This document shows positions 46,200-57,744 of a DNA stretch of 64,000 nucleotides, piece after piece. Source of the DNA: Alphaproteobacteria bacterium. GTDB lineage: Bacteria; Pseudomonadota; Alphaproteobacteria; Micropepsales; Micropepsaceae. The translations under genes were made by a program, and so were the position numbers. Numbering within the stretch: position 1 is the first letter of the stretch; every line of letters starts with the position of its first letter. Below the pieces are notes generated by a model that had not been told where the DNA came from, did no database searches, and was given only the letters and a program-made list of their open reading frames with translations. The stretch spans positions 811 to 64,810 of the forward strand of contig JBEPVO010000001.1 in assembly GCA_041690975.1 (NCBI GenBank). The letters run 5' to 3'.

Positions 46200-47684
46200 A
46201 TGAACGCCCCGCATACCGACACGCCCCGCCGCCTGGATCTGAAGGATCCTTCGCTTTTTACTGACAAGGCCTATGTCGCGGGGGAATGGATTTCCGCACC
46301 GGATGGCAAGACCATGCCGGTCACCGATCCCTTCGATGGTGCGCTGTTGGCCAAGGTGCCGGACCTGGGCGTGGAACCGCTCCGGCGCGCCATCGATGCC
46401 GCGCATGGTGCCCAGAAAGAGTGGGCGAAAAAGACCGTCAAGGAGCGGGCGCAGGTCCTGCGCCGTTGGTATGACCTGGTGATCGCCAACGCTGACGATT
46501 TGGCGTTAATTCTGACAAGCGAGCAGGGCAAGCCGCTGGCGGAGGCCAAGGGTGAGATCATTGCCAACGCCGCTTACCTGGAATGGTTCGGCGAGGAAGC
46601 CAAGCGCATCGACGGCGATATCATTCCCAGTCCGCGCGGCGATCAGCGTTTGCTGGTGCTGAAGCAGCCGCTGGGCGTCTGCGCCGCCATCACGCCGTGG
46701 AATTTTCCCAACGGTATGATCACCCGTAAAGTGGCGCCGGCCCTGGCGGCGGGTTGCACCATGGTGCTTAAGCCTGCGCCGCAGACGCCGCTGTCCGCGC
46801 TGGCTCTGGCCATTCTGGGCGAACGGGCTGGCGTGCCGAAGGGTTGCTTCTCTGTTGTCACTGGCGAAGCAAAACCGATCGGTGAGGAATTTTGCCACAA
46901 CCCGAAAATCGCCAAGATCACCTTTACCGGTTCGACCGCAGTGGGCGCCTGGCTGATGCGTGAAGCCTCCGGCCAGATCAAGCGGCTGTCGCTGGAACTG
47001 GGCGGCAACGCGCCCTTCATCGTGTTCGACGATGCCGATCTGGATGCGGCGGTGGATGGCGCGATGGCCTCCAAATACCGCAATGCCGGCCAGACCTGTA
47101 TCAGCGCCAATCGCATCTATGTGCAGGATTCCATTCACGACGCCTTTGTGCAAAAATTAAAGACCAAGATCGCGACCCTGACGTTGGGCCGTGGCACCGA
47201 TGCTGGTGTGCAGATGGGACCGCTGATCGACGCCAACGCGGTGGCCAAGATGCAGGATCATCTCCAGGACGCGCTGGCACAGGGCGGGACCTTGGTCGCG
47301 GGTGGCAAGCTATCCGAGCTGGGCGGGACATTCTTCGAGCCCACCATCGTCACGGGTGTGACCCAATCCATGAAAGTGGCGCGTGAAGAAACATTTGCGC
47401 CGCTGGCGCCGGTGATAAAATTCCATACGGAAGATGAAGTGATCGCCATGGCCAATGCCACGCAGTTCGGACTGGCGGCCTATTTCTATGCCCGGGATCT
47501 GTCGCGGGTGTGGCGCGTGGCGGAAGGTCTGGAAACCGGCATGGTCGGTGTCAACACGGCCTTGATCGTGAGCGAGATGGCGCCATTCGGCGGCGCCAAG
47601 CAATCCGGCTTTGGCCGCGAAGGCTCCAAATATGGCATCGAAAGTTATCTAGAACTCAAGCTGGTCTGCATGAGCGGCATCTAG
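46200..47684 (+). CDS. gabD: NAD(P)-dependent succinate-semialdehyde dehydrogenase
   Basis: EQGKPLAEAKGE, ITPWNFP, FTGST, LELGGNAP, RNAGQTC, EETFAP, PFGGAKQSGFGREGS. Confidence 0.9.
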   Translation: MNAPHTDTPRRLDLKDPSLFTDKAYVAGEWISAPDGKTMPVTDPFDGALLAKVPDLGVEPLRRAIDAAHGAQKEWAKKTVKERAQVLRRWYDLVIANADDLALILTSEQGKPLAEAKGEIIANAAYLEWFGEEAKRIDGDIIPSPRGDQRLLVLKQPLGVCAAITPWNFPNGMITRKVAPALAAGCTMVLKPAPQTPLSALALAILGERAGVPKGCFSVVTGEAKPIGEEFCHNPKIAKITFTGSTAVGAWLMREASGQIKRLSLELGGNAPFIVFDDADLDAAVDGAMASKYRNAGQTCISANRIYVQDSIHDAFVQKLKTKIATLTLGRGTDAGVQMGPLIDANAVAKMQDHLQDALAQGGTLVAGGKLSELGGTFFEPTIVTGVTQSMKVAREETFAPLAPVIKFHTEDEVIAMANATQFGLAAYFYARDLSRVWRVAEGLETGMVGVNTALIVSEMAPFGGAKQSGFGREGSKYGIESYLELKLVCMSGI

Positions 47685-47693
47685 GGATACAGT

Positions 47694-49175
47694 TTGGAGC
47701 AGTTCGACATTGTCGTGATCGGGGGCGGCGTCAATGGCTGCGGCATCGCGCGCGATGCGGCCGGGCGCGGCTTTTCGGTGCTGCTGGCGGAAAAAGGCGA
47801 TCTGGCGGGCGGCACGTCATCGGCTTCGACCAAGTTGATCCATGGCGGGCTGCGTTATCTGGAATTCTATGAATTCGGCTTGGTGCGCGAGGCGTTGAAG
47901 GAACGCGAAGTATTGTGGGCGATGGCGCCCCATATCATATGGCCGCTGCGATTCGTGCTGCCGGAGAGCAAGGATTCCCGCCCCGCCTGGCTGCTGCGGC
48001 TTGGCTTGTTTCTCTACGATCATATCGGTGGCCGCAAGCGCTTGCCGCCGACGCGATCGCTGGATTTGCGAACTGATATCGCCGGGGCCGCGCTGAAGCC
48101 GGAGATGACCAAAGGGTTCGAATATTCCGACTGCTGGGTGATGGACGCGCGGCTGGTGGCGCTGAATGCGCGCGATGCGGAGGCGCGGGGCGCCAAAATC
48201 CTTACCCGCACTGAAGTCGTGAGTTTGGCGCGCCAGGAGGGTGGTTTCACCGTGACCCTCAAGGACGGCGCTTCCGGTCAGACGCATGATGTGCGCGCCC
48301 GCCTGGTCGTCAATGCCGCCGGACCTTGGGTCGATCATGTTCTCAATCGGGTTGCAGACGAAGAGCCGCGCCATCACATTCGCCTGGTGCAGGGCAGCCA
48401 TATCGTGGTGCGGCGGCTCTACAAGCATGACCGCTGTTATATTTTTCAGAACCGCGACGGCCGGGTCATTTTCGCCATTCCTTATGAGAATGACTTTACC
48501 CTGATCGGCACCACCGACCGGGATTATCAGGGCGATCCGGCTTCGGTGGCGATCAGCGAAGAGGAAAAAGATTATCTCTGCGCCGCCGCCAGCGAATATT
48601 TCCGGCTGCCTGTCACCCGCGACCAGATCGTGTGGTGTTATTCCGGCGTGCGGCCGCTGTTCGATGACGGTGCGTCCAAAGCGCAGGAAACCACCCGCGA
48701 ATATGTGCTGAAAATAGAAGGCGATGCGGAGAAGGGGGTGTTGCTTAATATTTTTGGCGGCAAGATCACGACCTATCGGCATCTCGCGGAAAATGCGCTG
48801 GTCAAAATCGAACAGGTGTTGGGCAAACGCGGGCCCGCCTGGACGAAGGGCTCGACCTTGCCTGGCGGTGATTTTCCGCCGGATGGATTTGAGGCGCTGG
48901 TGACATCGCTGCGCACGCGCGCGATCAAGATCGCACCTGCCACCATCCGCCGCCTTGCCCGCGCGTATGGCACCGAGGCGCGCTCTATTCTGGCCGAGGG
49001 CGATCTGGGGCTGATATTCGGCGCCGATCTGGGGCAGCGGGAAGTGGATTTCCTCGTCGACAAGGAATGGGCGCGCAGCGCTGACGACATTCTCTGGCGG
49101 CGCAGCAAACTGGGATTGTATTTTTCGCAGGAAGAAACGGCGGCGCTGTCGCGCTATCTGGAAAAGAGGGGCTGA
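47694..49175 (+). CDS. glpD: Aerobic glycerol-3-phosphate dehydrogenase
   Basis: [60 protein letters not shown]. Confidence 0.95.
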   Translation: MEQFDIVVIGGGVNGCGIARDAAGRGFSVLLAEKGDLAGGTSSASTKLIHGGLRYLEFYEFGLVREALKEREVLWAMAPHIIWPLRFVLPESKDSRPAWLLRLGLFLYDHIGGRKRLPPTRSLDLRTDIAGAALKPEMTKGFEYSDCWVMDARLVALNARDAEARGAKILTRTEVVSLARQEGGFTVTLKDGASGQTHDVRARLVVNAAGPWVDHVLNRVADEEPRHHIRLVQGSHIVVRRLYKHDRCYIFQNRDGRVIFAIPYENDFTLIGTTDRDYQGDPASVAISEEEKDYLCAAASEYFRLPVTRDQIVWCYSGVRPLFDDGASKAQETTREYVLKIEGDAEKGVLLNIFGGKITTYRHLAENALVKIEQVLGKRGPAWTKGSTLPGGDFPPDGFEALVTSLRTRAIKIAPATIRRLARAYGTEARSILAEGDLGLIFGADLGQREVDFLVDKEWARSADDILWRRSKLGLYFSQEETAALSRYLEKRG

Positions 49176-50659
49176 TGTCGGAATATATTCTGGCGGTGGA
49201 TCAGGGCACGACGTCATCGCGTGCCATCGTGTTTGACGGCGCCTATCGCGTGTGCGGCGTGGCGCAGCAGGAATTCCCCCAGCACTATCCGCGATCCGGC
49301 TGGGTCGAGCATGATCCCGAAGATCTCTGGCGCACGGTGCTGGAGACCATGAAGGGCGCGCTGGCGAATGCCAAGCTTTCGGCATCCGATATCGCGGCCA
49401 TCGGCATCACCAACCAGCGCGAGACCACCTTGATCTGGGACCGCAAGACCGGCCGCGCCATCCACAATGCGATCGTCTGGCAGGACCGCCGCACAGCAGA
49501 TATCTGTGAGAAATTGCGCGGTGATGGTATCGAACCCGACGTGACGGCAAAGACGGGCCTTCTGCTTGATCCTTATTTCTCGGGCACCAAGGCGGCCTGG
49601 ATTCTGGACCATGTCGAAGGCGCCCGCGAGAAAGCGGAGCGCGGCGAACTCGCGTTCGGTACCGTCGATACCTTCCTGCTCTGGCGGATGACGGGCGGGA
49701 AGGTTCACGCCACAGACGTCACCAATGCCTCGCGGACCCTGCTCTGCAATATCGATACGGGCGACTGGGACGACGCGCTGTTGAAATTGCTGCGCGTACC
49801 GCGTGCTCTGTTACCGGCGATCAAAGAATGCAGCGACGATTTCGGCAGCCTTGATCCGGCGCTTCTTGGCGCGGCCATTCCCTTGCGCGGCGTAGCCGGC
49901 GACCAGCAGGCTGCAACTATCGGGCAGGCCTGTTTCCAGGCCGGCATGATGAAATCCACCTATGGTACGGGCTGTTTTGCCTTGCTGAACACGGGCGCGA
50001 CGCGGATCGCGTCCAGCCAGAAGCTTCTCACAACCATCGCCTATCGCATCGGCGGCGAGACCGCTTATGCCATCGAGGGTTCAATTTTTGTCGCGGGCGC
50101 GGCGGTGCAATGGCTTCGCGACAGTCTGCATCTGATCACGCGCGCGGAAGAAAGCGGGACTTTGGCCGCCGCCGCCGATCCCGAGCAGGCGGTTTATCTG
50201 GTACCGGCTTTCACCGGGCTGGGTGCGCCCTGGTGGGACCCGAACGCGCGCGGCGCGATGTTCGGATTGACGCGCAATACGGGGCCGCGCGAATTCGCCC
50301 GCGCCGCGCTGGATGCGGTTTGCTACCAGACCCTCGATCTGCTGGAAGCGATGCGGGTCGACTGGCAGGGCGCGTCGGATACCGTGCTGCGGGTCGATGG
50401 CGGCATGGTCGCCAGCGACTGGATGCTGCAGCGGCTGGCCGATATCTCGAATGCACCGGTGGATCGCCCGGTTATCTTGGAGACCACCGCGCTGGGTGCG
50501 GGCTGGTTGGCGGGCTTTGGCGCGCATGTCTGGCCCGACCGCGATGCTTTCGCCAAAAGCTGGCAGCGGGATCGGCATTTCAAACCTGCCATGGATAGCG
50601 AGACGCGGGCGAGATTGGTGGCCGGATGGCGCGACGCCATCCGGCGCACCCGTTCGTGA
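49175..50659 (+). CDS. glpK: Glycerol kinase
   Basis: [57 protein letters not shown]. Confidence 0.96.
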   Translation: MSEYILAVDQGTTSSRAIVFDGAYRVCGVAQQEFPQHYPRSGWVEHDPEDLWRTVLETMKGALANAKLSASDIAAIGITNQRETTLIWDRKTGRAIHNAIVWQDRRTADICEKLRGDGIEPDVTAKTGLLLDPYFSGTKAAWILDHVEGAREKAERGELAFGTVDTFLLWRMTGGKVHATDVTNASRTLLCNIDTGDWDDALLKLLRVPRALLPAIKECSDDFGSLDPALLGAAIPLRGVAGDQQAATIGQACFQAGMMKSTYGTGCFALLNTGATRIASSQKLLTTIAYRIGGETAYAIEGSIFVAGAAVQWLRDSLHLITRAEESGTLAAAADPEQAVYLVPAFTGLGAPWWDPNARGAMFGLTRNTGPREFARAALDAVCYQTLDLLEAMRVDWQGASDTVLRVDGGMVASDWMLQRLADISNAPVDRPVILETTALGAGWLAGFGAHVWPDRDAFAKSWQRDRHFKPAMDSETRARLVAGWRDAIRRTRS

Positions 50660-50768
50660 TCGATATTCGGCGTAAAGGACAATCTCATCGCACTAATCTG
50701 TTGGATTTTCCGCCCCGCCTGTTGTGAAATGGCCTGGAGACACCGGACAATCGAGCGAGAATAAGCCC

Positions 50769-51056
50769 ATGAGTGCACCGCATTTGCTGGTTCATGACCG
50801 CCGGGACAATGTCGGCGTGGTGGTGGTCGAAGACCTGGCCGCCGGCACAGATATGCTGGGCGTGATCACGCAAGACGACAGCGATTTTCGGATGCAGGCT
50901 CGCCAGGCGACGCCGATCGGTCACAAGATCGCGCTCAAGGATCTGGCGGTGGGCGACACCATCATCAAATACGGCGAGGATATCGGCAAAGTCGTCGCGC
51001 CGATCGCCAAGGGCGAGCATGTCCATACCCACAATCTCAAAACCAAGCGCTGGTAG
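50769..51056 (+). CDS. UxaA-family hydrolase small SAF-domain subunit (SuyA-like, sulfolactate sulfo-lyase alpha)
   Basis: HDRRDNVGVVVVEDL, GHKIALKDL..GDTIIKYGEDIG, HVHTHNLKTKRW. Confidence 0.8.
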   Translation: MSAPHLLVHDRRDNVGVVVVEDLAAGTDMLGVITQDDSDFRMQARQATPIGHKIALKDLAVGDTIIKYGEDIGKVVAPIAKGEHVHTHNLKTKRW

Positions 51057-51062
51057 GGCTTC

Positions 51063-52238
51063 ATGAATCTGGCTGAACGGAAGATCTGGGGCTACCGGCG
51101 CGAGAATGACCGGGTCGGCGTGCGCAATTATGTGGCGATCCTGCCGTTGGACGATATTTCCAACGCCGCCTGTGAAGCGGTTGCCGCGCATATTCAGGGC
51201 ACCATCGCCTTGCCGCATGCCTATGGCCGGCTGCAGTTCGGCGAAGATCTGGAGCTGCATTTCCGCACCATGATCGGCACAGGGGCCAACCCCAATGTCG
51301 CGGCCTGTATCGTCATCGGCATCGAAGGCGGATGGACCGAAAAGGTTGTCGCGGGCATCGCCAAGACCGGCAAGCCGGTGGCGGGCTTTTTCATCGAAGG
51401 CAATGGCGACATCGCCACCGTCGCCGCCGCGTCGCGCAAGGCCAAGGAGTTCGTGCATTGGGCGTCGGAAAAAGTGCGCGAGCAATGCCCGATCACAGAT
51501 GTCTGGGTGGCTGCGAAATGCGGCGAAAGCGACACCACCACGGGCCTGGCGTCATGTCCGACGGTTGGCAACATGTATGACAAGCTGGTGCCGCTGGGTC
51601 TTTACGGCTGTTTCGGTGAAACCTCTGAGCTGACCGGCGCGGAACATCTGGCGGCGGCGCGCGCGGTCTCGCCGGAGATCAAGGAAAAATTTCTCAAAAC
51701 CTGGCAGGCCTATCAGGATGATGTGATCGAAGCGCACAAGACGTCGGATCTGTCGGACAGCCAGCCCACCAAAGGCAATATCGCAGGCGGCCTCACCACC
51801 ATCGAGGAAAAGGCGCTGGGCAATCTGGAAAAGATCGGCAAGAAGATCAAATACATCGACGTGCTGGAACCGGCGCAAGCGCCGGCGCGCGGCAATGGGC
51901 TGTATTTCATGGATACCTCGTCGGCGGCGGCGGAATGCTGCACCTTGCAGGCGGCCGCTGGTTATGTGGTCCATATCTTTCCCACCGGCCAGGGCAATGT
52001 GATCGGCAATCCAATCATGCCGGTGGTCAAGGTGACGGGAAATCCCCGTACCATGCGGCTGATGAGCGAGCATATCGATGTCGATGTCTCCGGCATCGTG
52101 CGGCGCGAAATGACCATCGACCAAGCGGGCGATGTCTTGATCGACATGATCGAGAAGACCGCCAATGGCCGCCTGACCGCTGCCGAAGCCCTGGGTCATC
52201 GCGAATTCGTGATGACCAAATTGTACCGCAGCGCCTGA
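51063..52238 (+). CDS. UxaA-family hydrolase large subunit (SuyB-like, sulfolactate sulfo-lyase beta)
   Basis: [62 protein letters not shown]. Confidence 0.82.
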   Translation: MNLAERKIWGYRRENDRVGVRNYVAILPLDDISNAACEAVAAHIQGTIALPHAYGRLQFGEDLELHFRTMIGTGANPNVAACIVIGIEGGWTEKVVAGIAKTGKPVAGFFIEGNGDIATVAAASRKAKEFVHWASEKVREQCPITDVWVAAKCGESDTTTGLASCPTVGNMYDKLVPLGLYGCFGETSELTGAEHLAAARAVSPEIKEKFLKTWQAYQDDVIEAHKTSDLSDSQPTKGNIAGGLTTIEEKALGNLEKIGKKIKYIDVLEPAQAPARGNGLYFMDTSSAAAECCTLQAAAGYVVHIFPTGQGNVIGNPIMPVVKVTGNPRTMRLMSEHIDVDVSGIVRREMTIDQAGDVLIDMIEKTANGRLTAAEALGHREFVMTKLYRSA

Positions 52239-52241
52239 CCC

Positions 52242-53237
52242 GTGAGTGTCACGCTCTCCCTTGGCGATACCGAGGCGCTGGTCACGCGCGCGCTGGTCGC
52301 CAGCCGCACATCGAAAGACAATGCCCGCGTCACCGCACGCGCATTGGTAGGTGCTGAGGCGGATGGTCAGTTGGGGCATGGCTTGGTCCGCGTGCCCTCC
52401 TATGCCGAGCAGGCACGAGTAGGAAAGATTGACGGTTTTGCCAAACCAGAAATCTCAGGCAGCGGCGCCGCGCGCCGGGTCAATGCCGGGTCCGGCTTTG
52501 CCTATCCCGCGATCGAACTGGCATTGGAAACGCTGATACCTCTGGCGCGCGAAATGGGTGTCGTCAGCGCCGGTATTTATGCCTCTCACCACTGCGGCCA
52601 GGCCGGACGGCATGTCGAACGGCTGGCAGAGAACGGTTTGGTGGCCTTCGCCTATGCCAATACGCCCAACGCCATGGCCTTCCATGGCGGAACGCGTTCG
52701 CGCCTGGGCACTGATCCGCTGGCCTTTGCCGCGCCTGTCTCTGGGCGTGCGCCGTTGGTGATCGACATGGCGCTGTCGGTGGTGGCGCGCAGCAAGATCG
52801 TCGCGGCGAAAGCCAAAGGCGAGCCCATTCCGGAAGGCTGGGCGGTCGATGACGCCGGTCGGCCCACGACGGACGCAAACAAGGCTTTGGCAGGCACCCT
52901 GCTGCCGATCGGCGGCGCCAAAGGATCGGCGCTGGCGCTGATCGTGGAAATCCTATGCGGCGCGCTGGCAGGCGCAAATTTCGGCTGGGAAGCCAGCGGT
53001 TTCATGGACGCCAAGGGCGGGCCGCCGCGGCTGGGGCAATTCCTGATCGCGCTCGATCCGCAGCATTTTGCGGGCGCAAGCTTCGCCGGGCGGATGACCG
53101 AGCTGGTATCGGCGATTGCAGACGACGGCGCGCGGCTACCGGGTGATCGGCGGCTCGTGCCCCGTGAACGCGCGGCGCGCGATGGTCTTGTTATCGCCGA
53201 CGATCTGTATGCGCAGATTCAAGCGCTGGCGAAATAG
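52242..53237 (+). CDS. Ldh_2-family oxidoreductase (ComC-like sulfolactate/malate dehydrogenase)
   Basis: GHGLVRVP, SHHCG, GTDPLAFAAP, DMALSVVARSK, GWAVD..G.PTTD, GGAKGSALA, RLPG. Confidence 0.85.
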   Translation: MSVTLSLGDTEALVTRALVASRTSKDNARVTARALVGAEADGQLGHGLVRVPSYAEQARVGKIDGFAKPEISGSGAARRVNAGSGFAYPAIELALETLIPLAREMGVVSAGIYASHHCGQAGRHVERLAENGLVAFAYANTPNAMAFHGGTRSRLGTDPLAFAAPVSGRAPLVIDMALSVVARSKIVAAKAKGEPIPEGWAVDDAGRPTTDANKALAGTLLPIGGAKGSALALIVEILCGALAGANFGWEASGFMDAKGGPPRLGQFLIALDPQHFAGASFAGRMTELVSAIADDGARLPGDRRLVPRERAARDGLVIADDLYAQIQALAK

Positions 53238-53245
53238 CAGATCTG

Positions 53246-54574
53246 CTACTGCCAGCGATAGGCCAGAGCCAGGCCCAGCACATTCACGTCGGATTTGGTT
53301 GTGCCCACCAATGTACCGCGCAAGGCATTGCCGGTAGCACTGCTGCTCTGGCTCATGGCGCGCGTATCGTTGAACAGATGGCCGAACGACAATTTCAGGT
53401 CCATCGCCGGCGATGCGCGCCAGGTCACGCCCGCGGCGACCCAGGTGCGGTCGGCGTCGGGAATGCGCGGCGCCAAGGTGGCGGACGGCACGGGGCTTTG
53501 GTCCAGAGCTGCACCCAAACGCAGAGTGATGTCGTCGCTAGCCGCATATTCGGTGCCCAGCGATATCAGCCAGCTGCTCTTCCAGTTGGTGAGCGTGACA
53601 TCGTTCGGCTGAACCGGATTGCCCGCCACTGCGGTCAAATTCTTGAAGCTGGACCAGTCGGTCCAGTCGGCGCTCGCCAGCAAGGTCCAGTTTTCCATGA
53701 ATTTCTTGCGTAGGCCGAACTGAAGTTCGGCGGGCGTGGCCAGCTTGGCCTTCGCGCTGGTGTTGGAAAGCAATGTGGTGGCGTTGCGGATGGCCGCGCC
53801 CAGGCCGAAATTGTCGAGCGCGAAACTCCAGGACCCGCTCAAGGTGTGATGCACGATGGAACGATAGGAAGCACCCAAGGTCCAGCCGTCGGAGAGTTCG
53901 GCACGCGCACCCAGCACATAGCCATAACCCCAGCCTGACGCATTGATGGTGGAAGAACCGTCCATGCCACCGGGGACCGATCCGGGAATAGACGACAGCG
54001 CACCAAGCGTACCGATATCAACAGCGCTGGACAATGTGCCCTTGGCATATTGTGCCTGTACGCCGCCCGCGATGGTGAAGCCCGGCGCCAGGTCATAGGC
54101 GATCACAGGCGTGAGGTTGATGGTGGCGAGCTTGGAGCCCAGTGCGTGATAGCGGCCCGCCCATCCGGTCGGATAGCGGGTGGAAAGACCCCAAGGCACG
54201 GAAACCGAAAACCCGACCGACCAGCGGTCGTCCAGTCGCTGGCGAATGGCGATGTCGGGGATGATGGCGTTGCGAATGAAATCGTTGGGCTTGGCGTTGC
54301 CGCCGGTCGGCGTTCCCGCCGCGGTCAATGCGGTGGTGAAGTTCGCCGATGACCCCGGCATGATCGAGACGGCGCTGACTGCGAAATCGCCGCCACCCGT
54401 GCCGGCCGCCGCGGCCGGATTATATGCCAGAAATCCGGCATCGCTGGCGGTGGCCACCGCGCCCGCATAGGCCTCACCCATCGCCTCGGTGCTTTGCTCG
54501 CGCAATCCATAGCCCGCCGCAAGGGCAGGGGTTGTGGGCAGAAGGCAAAGAAGAACTAAGGTTTGACGACGCAT
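53246..54574 (-). CDS. FadL/OmpP1-family outer membrane long-chain fatty acid transporter
   Basis: Signal peptide, then AGYGLREQS..MGEAYAG, YNPAA, VPWGLSTRY, RIPDADRTW; C-terminal aromatic residue. Confidence 0.9.
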   Translation of the reverse strand: MRRQTLVLLCLLPTTPALAAGYGLREQSTEAMGEAYAGAVATASDAGFLAYNPAAAAGTGGGDFAVSAVSIMPGSSANFTTALTAAGTPTGGNAKPNDFIRNAIIPDIAIRQRLDDRWSVGFSVSVPWGLSTRYPTGWAGRYHALGSKLATINLTPVIAYDLAPGFTIAGGVQAQYAKGTLSSAVDIGTLGALSSIPGSVPGGMDGSSTINASGWGYGYVLGARAELSDGWTLGASYRSIVHHTLSGSWSFALDNFGLGAAIRNATTLLSNTSAKAKLATPAELQFGLRKKFMENWTLLASADWTDWSSFKNLTAVAGNPVQPNDVTLTNWKSSWLISLGTEYAASDDITLRLGAALDQSPVPSATLAPRIPDADRTWVAAGVTWRASPAMDLKLSFGHLFNDTRAMSQSSSATGNALRGTLVGTTKSDVNVLGLALAYRWQ

Positions 54575-54638
54575 ACTGGTCCCCCGGTTGGCCGGTTCAC
54601 GGATTACGCCCGCAGGACGCATGCTTCTGCCGAGGGTA

Positions 54639-54654
54639 TAAAGATTTTGTTAAC
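54639..54654. promoter_or_regulatory. CtrA-like box TAAA-N7-TTAAC (1 mismatch) between fadL and the kinase gene
   Basis: taaa gattttg ttaac. Confidence 0.35.
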
Positions 54655-54737
54655 GCTGTCCGCTTGCCACTTTGTTTACCCACCCTGACCTAGTGTTTTG
54701 CGGTGGAGGCCCGGGGCTTTTCCCGTCCGAATGACCC

Positions 54738-56168
54738 ATGAGTGATAGTGGTATGGCGTCTGACGCGCTGGCCTATTCGAAGATATGGCTGCGCTTTTTC
54801 GATCCGGAAACGGAGCGCCGATTCGCGCGCCGGGCCCTGATCGATTCCATGCTGTTCATCCGCATCTATCTGCTTGCGGGCACTGCACTTTACATTCTCT
54901 ACGGATTCCTGGACGCGCAAGTGAGCGGCGATGCCCTCACCATGGTTTGGATCATCCGCTATGCGATCTGCTGTCCGATCCTGCTGACCAATTTCGCACT
55001 GTCCTTCACACGCCATTTCGAGAAGATCGGCCAGTATGTGCTGGCGCTTCAGATGGCGGCGTCGGGCCTGGGCGTGGTGGCGATGACGGCGATCATGCCC
55101 GCGCCCTTCAACAGCAACTATTATGCCGGCGTGATCATGGTCGTGATCTATTGCGGCAGCTTCATCCGCGTCAATTTCATCACCACGGTGCTGATCTCGC
55201 TGATGCTGGTCCTGTCCTATGAGCTTTCGGCAGTCGTTCTTAATCCACTGCCGATGATCGACCTGATTTCCAACAATTTCTTCCTGCTGATGGCGACAGG
55301 CGTGGGCCTGCTATCTAGCTACATCCAGGAGACCCAGACCCGCAAAGGCTACATCGCCCACCGCATCATCGAAGAGAAGAACGAGATCACCAACGTCCTT
55401 TTGGTGGAAGCCAACAAGGCCAATCATTCCAAGAGCGAATTCCTGGCCAATATGAGCCATGAGCTGCGCACGCCACTCAACGCGATCATCGGTTTCTCGG
55501 ACATCATGGACAAGGAGACGTTCGGACCGGTGGGGAACACGCGCTATGCATCCTATGTGAAGGACATTGCCGGCTCCGGCCATCATCTGCTTTCCATCAT
55601 CAACGACATTCTCGATCTCGCCAAGGCAGAGGCCAACAAGCTCACCCTGGATGAGCGCGAAGTCGATCTGGTCCAGATCGCGGCGGAAAGCATCCGCATG
55701 TGCGAACCCAAGGCGCAGCAGACCGGCATCGCCATCGCGCTCAAGCCCTGCTCCGACGAGGTCATCGTCAAGGCGGACGGCAAGCTGATGCTGCAGATCC
55801 TGCTCAACCTGGTCTCCAACGCCGTCAAATTCAGCCATGAAGGCGGCAGCGTCGAAGTTTCGCTGGAACTGGGCGCCGACCGTTCCGTGATGATGGCCGT
55901 GCGCGATCGTGGCATCGGCATTCCCGCCACCGATATCGAGCGCGTCCTACGCCCGTTCGAACAGGTGGAAGACTCGCGCACCCGCGCCCATGGCGGCACG
56001 GGCCTGGGACTGCCCTATGCCGTGAAGCTGGCCGAACTGCATGGCGGCGCGCTCTGGATCGAAAGTCAGGTCAATGTCGGCACCTCCGTGATGGTGGTGC
56101 TGCCGCGCGAGCGCTTTGTCGTGCTGCGCCAGACGGCCAAGAGCGCCAATCTCAAAGTGGCTGTGTAA
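54738..56168 (+). CDS. Integral-membrane sensor histidine kinase (about 6 TM + HisKA + HATPase)
   Basis: Hydrophobic N-terminal half; KSEFLANMSHELRTPLNAIIGFS, NLVSNAVKF, DRGIG, GTGLGL. Confidence 0.93.
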   Translation: MSDSGMASDALAYSKIWLRFFDPETERRFARRALIDSMLFIRIYLLAGTALYILYGFLDAQVSGDALTMVWIIRYAICCPILLTNFALSFTRHFEKIGQYVLALQMAASGLGVVAMTAIMPAPFNSNYYAGVIMVVIYCGSFIRVNFITTVLISLMLVLSYELSAVVLNPLPMIDLISNNFFLLMATGVGLLSSYIQETQTRKGYIAHRIIEEKNEITNVLLVEANKANHSKSEFLANMSHELRTPLNAIIGFSDIMDKETFGPVGNTRYASYVKDIAGSGHHLLSIINDILDLAKAEANKLTLDEREVDLVQIAAESIRMCEPKAQQTGIAIALKPCSDEVIVKADGKLMLQILLNLVSNAVKFSHEGGSVEVSLELGADRSVMMAVRDRGIGIPATDIERVLRPFEQVEDSRTRAHGGTGLGLPYAVKLAELHGGALWIESQVNVGTSVMVVLPRERFVVLRQTAKSANLKVAV

Positions 56169-56171
56169 CCG

Positions 56172-57617
56172 TCAGGGCTTGCGCAGGAAAAGCAGCCGCA
56201 CCCGGCCGGTCTTTTCCGTCTCGGTCCAGCATTCCTTTGCGTTCAGCCCTTCCGACCAACCCTTCATTTCCGCTTCGCCGCGATACTGAAGGGTCCAGTC
56301 CGAGATGAATTCCATTGGCCAGAGATTGGACAGTGCGGTCTCGTTCATATTGCCGATGATGAGCAGCCCGCCGGGCAGCAGCGCATCATAGAGACGGCGC
56401 ACCAGCATGCGGGCGCGCCGGTCGCTGAGATAATCCAGCAAACCAACCGAATAGATCAAGTCCTGAGGCGGCACCGCCTGCAAGCCGCCATTGGCGCGCA
56501 GGATGTCGGTGAAGGAGATGTTCAGGCATTGGACATGCGCATTGCCGTTCAGCTTGAGCAGGGGTGGGTAGGCGCGATCATAGGCATAGCCCAGCGCTTG
56601 GGTTTCCTGATCGACCAAAGTGAACTCGACCTTGCCGGCGCGGGAATGCGGGCCCTCCAGGAAGGTCTGGATTTCACGCGCCGGGCCGCTGCCCAGGCTG
56701 AGGATGCGCGCGGGGCGATCCTGGCCATAGGTCCGCACGGTTTCGGCGATCTTGCTGCGCACCACCTGCATGCGCGTATCGATGCATTCGGCAACTTCCA
56801 GGCCAAGGCGATGGATCAGTTGCTGATAGACGCTGGTACCAACACGTTCCCAGTCATAGACCTGGTTCATGATCTGGAAATCGCCCGGATAACCCAGCGG
56901 CTTGGCGTAGGAGCGATCCCAGATCGCGCCGGCACGCATTTCCGGGGTCAGGACGAGTTCGGTGAATTCCTTGGTGGCTTCGCGCTCTTCGCGGCTGGCC
57001 ATCACGCCGCGCACGATATCGTTGCCGGTGAGCCAGAAGCCGCGCCATTGTTCGATCAGGCGGCCTTCGCAGGCTTCGAACGCACTGACATCGTCGAAGG
57101 ATTGGGAAAAGCTGTCGGCGAGATGGATATTCTTGTCCAACAATGCGCGATAGGAGCGCAGCACGCCCAGCACGTCGGCACAGAAGGCGCGATATTCGCG
57201 CGGCACCAGGGCGCTGCGCTCGGACGAGAGAAAGCTGCCATTGGCCGCGATCTGCGCCTGGACATTGCGGCTGAGCAGTCGGTCGAAATCGACATAGGAA
57301 TCGACCAGGCTGAAAGCGAGCTTGGAGCCGAACACGGTGCTCTCCGTGCGGCAGACCTTGGCGCGGCCCTCGAAAATGGAAAGGCCAGCCTGCTGGAAGA
57401 CCAGCGGAACGGTCTCGCCCAGGGACAATTCGTCGTCCATCGCCTGCTTGGCGACCACGGAGATACCAGTAAGGCTGATATCGTGAAGCTGATAGCTGGC
57501 GGACTTCACCCGCACCTTGGGCGGGTTGTTGGGGAAAAGCTTTCGTGCGTCATATCGGGTGGGGCGGAACCAGATCTCTTTTCCGCTCGAACCTTTCAAC
57601 TCTTCATAGGCAAGCAT
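56172..57617 (-). CDS. PilZ-like N-terminal domain + class I SAM-dependent methyltransferase, PhcB-like
   Basis: HDISLTGIS beta-barrel motif; RSYAKPLGYPGDF; SAM motif ILSLGSGPARE; DLIYSVGLLDYL; LLPGGLLIIGN. Confidence 0.75.
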   Translation of the reverse strand: MLAYEELKGSSGKEIWFRPTRYDARKLFPNNPPKVRVKSASYQLHDISLTGISVVAKQAMDDELSLGETVPLVFQQAGLSIFEGRAKVCRTESTVFGSKLAFSLVDSYVDFDRLLSRNVQAQIAANGSFLSSERSALVPREYRAFCADVLGVLRSYRALLDKNIHLADSFSQSFDDVSAFEACEGRLIEQWRGFWLTGNDIVRGVMASREEREATKEFTELVLTPEMRAGAIWDRSYAKPLGYPGDFQIMNQVYDWERVGTSVYQQLIHRLGLEVAECIDTRMQVVRSKIAETVRTYGQDRPARILSLGSGPAREIQTFLEGPHSRAGKVEFTLVDQETQALGYAYDRAYPPLLKLNGNAHVQCLNISFTDILRANGGLQAVPPQDLIYSVGLLDYLSDRRARMLVRRLYDALLPGGLLIIGNMNETALSNLWPMEFISDWTLQYRGEAEMKGWSEGLNAKECWTETEKTGRVRLLFLRKP

Positions 57618-57744
57618 TATCTGCACCCAAAATATGGTTTGCGCGATGCTTCCTCGACGCCACCCTTTTCCGCCGGGGAACCCGGCCCATTACCCATCTC
57701 TCTTTTGGTGATGCTTGAGTCGTTTCCGACCGCTCACTCTGAGA

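Noticed and set aside
47694-50659. glpDK repurposed for the glycerol analogue DHPS because suyAB-like genes are adjacent
   Set aside because: Both proteins look canonical, and known DHPS routes use dehydrogenases rather than a kinase; adjacency alone is insufficient.
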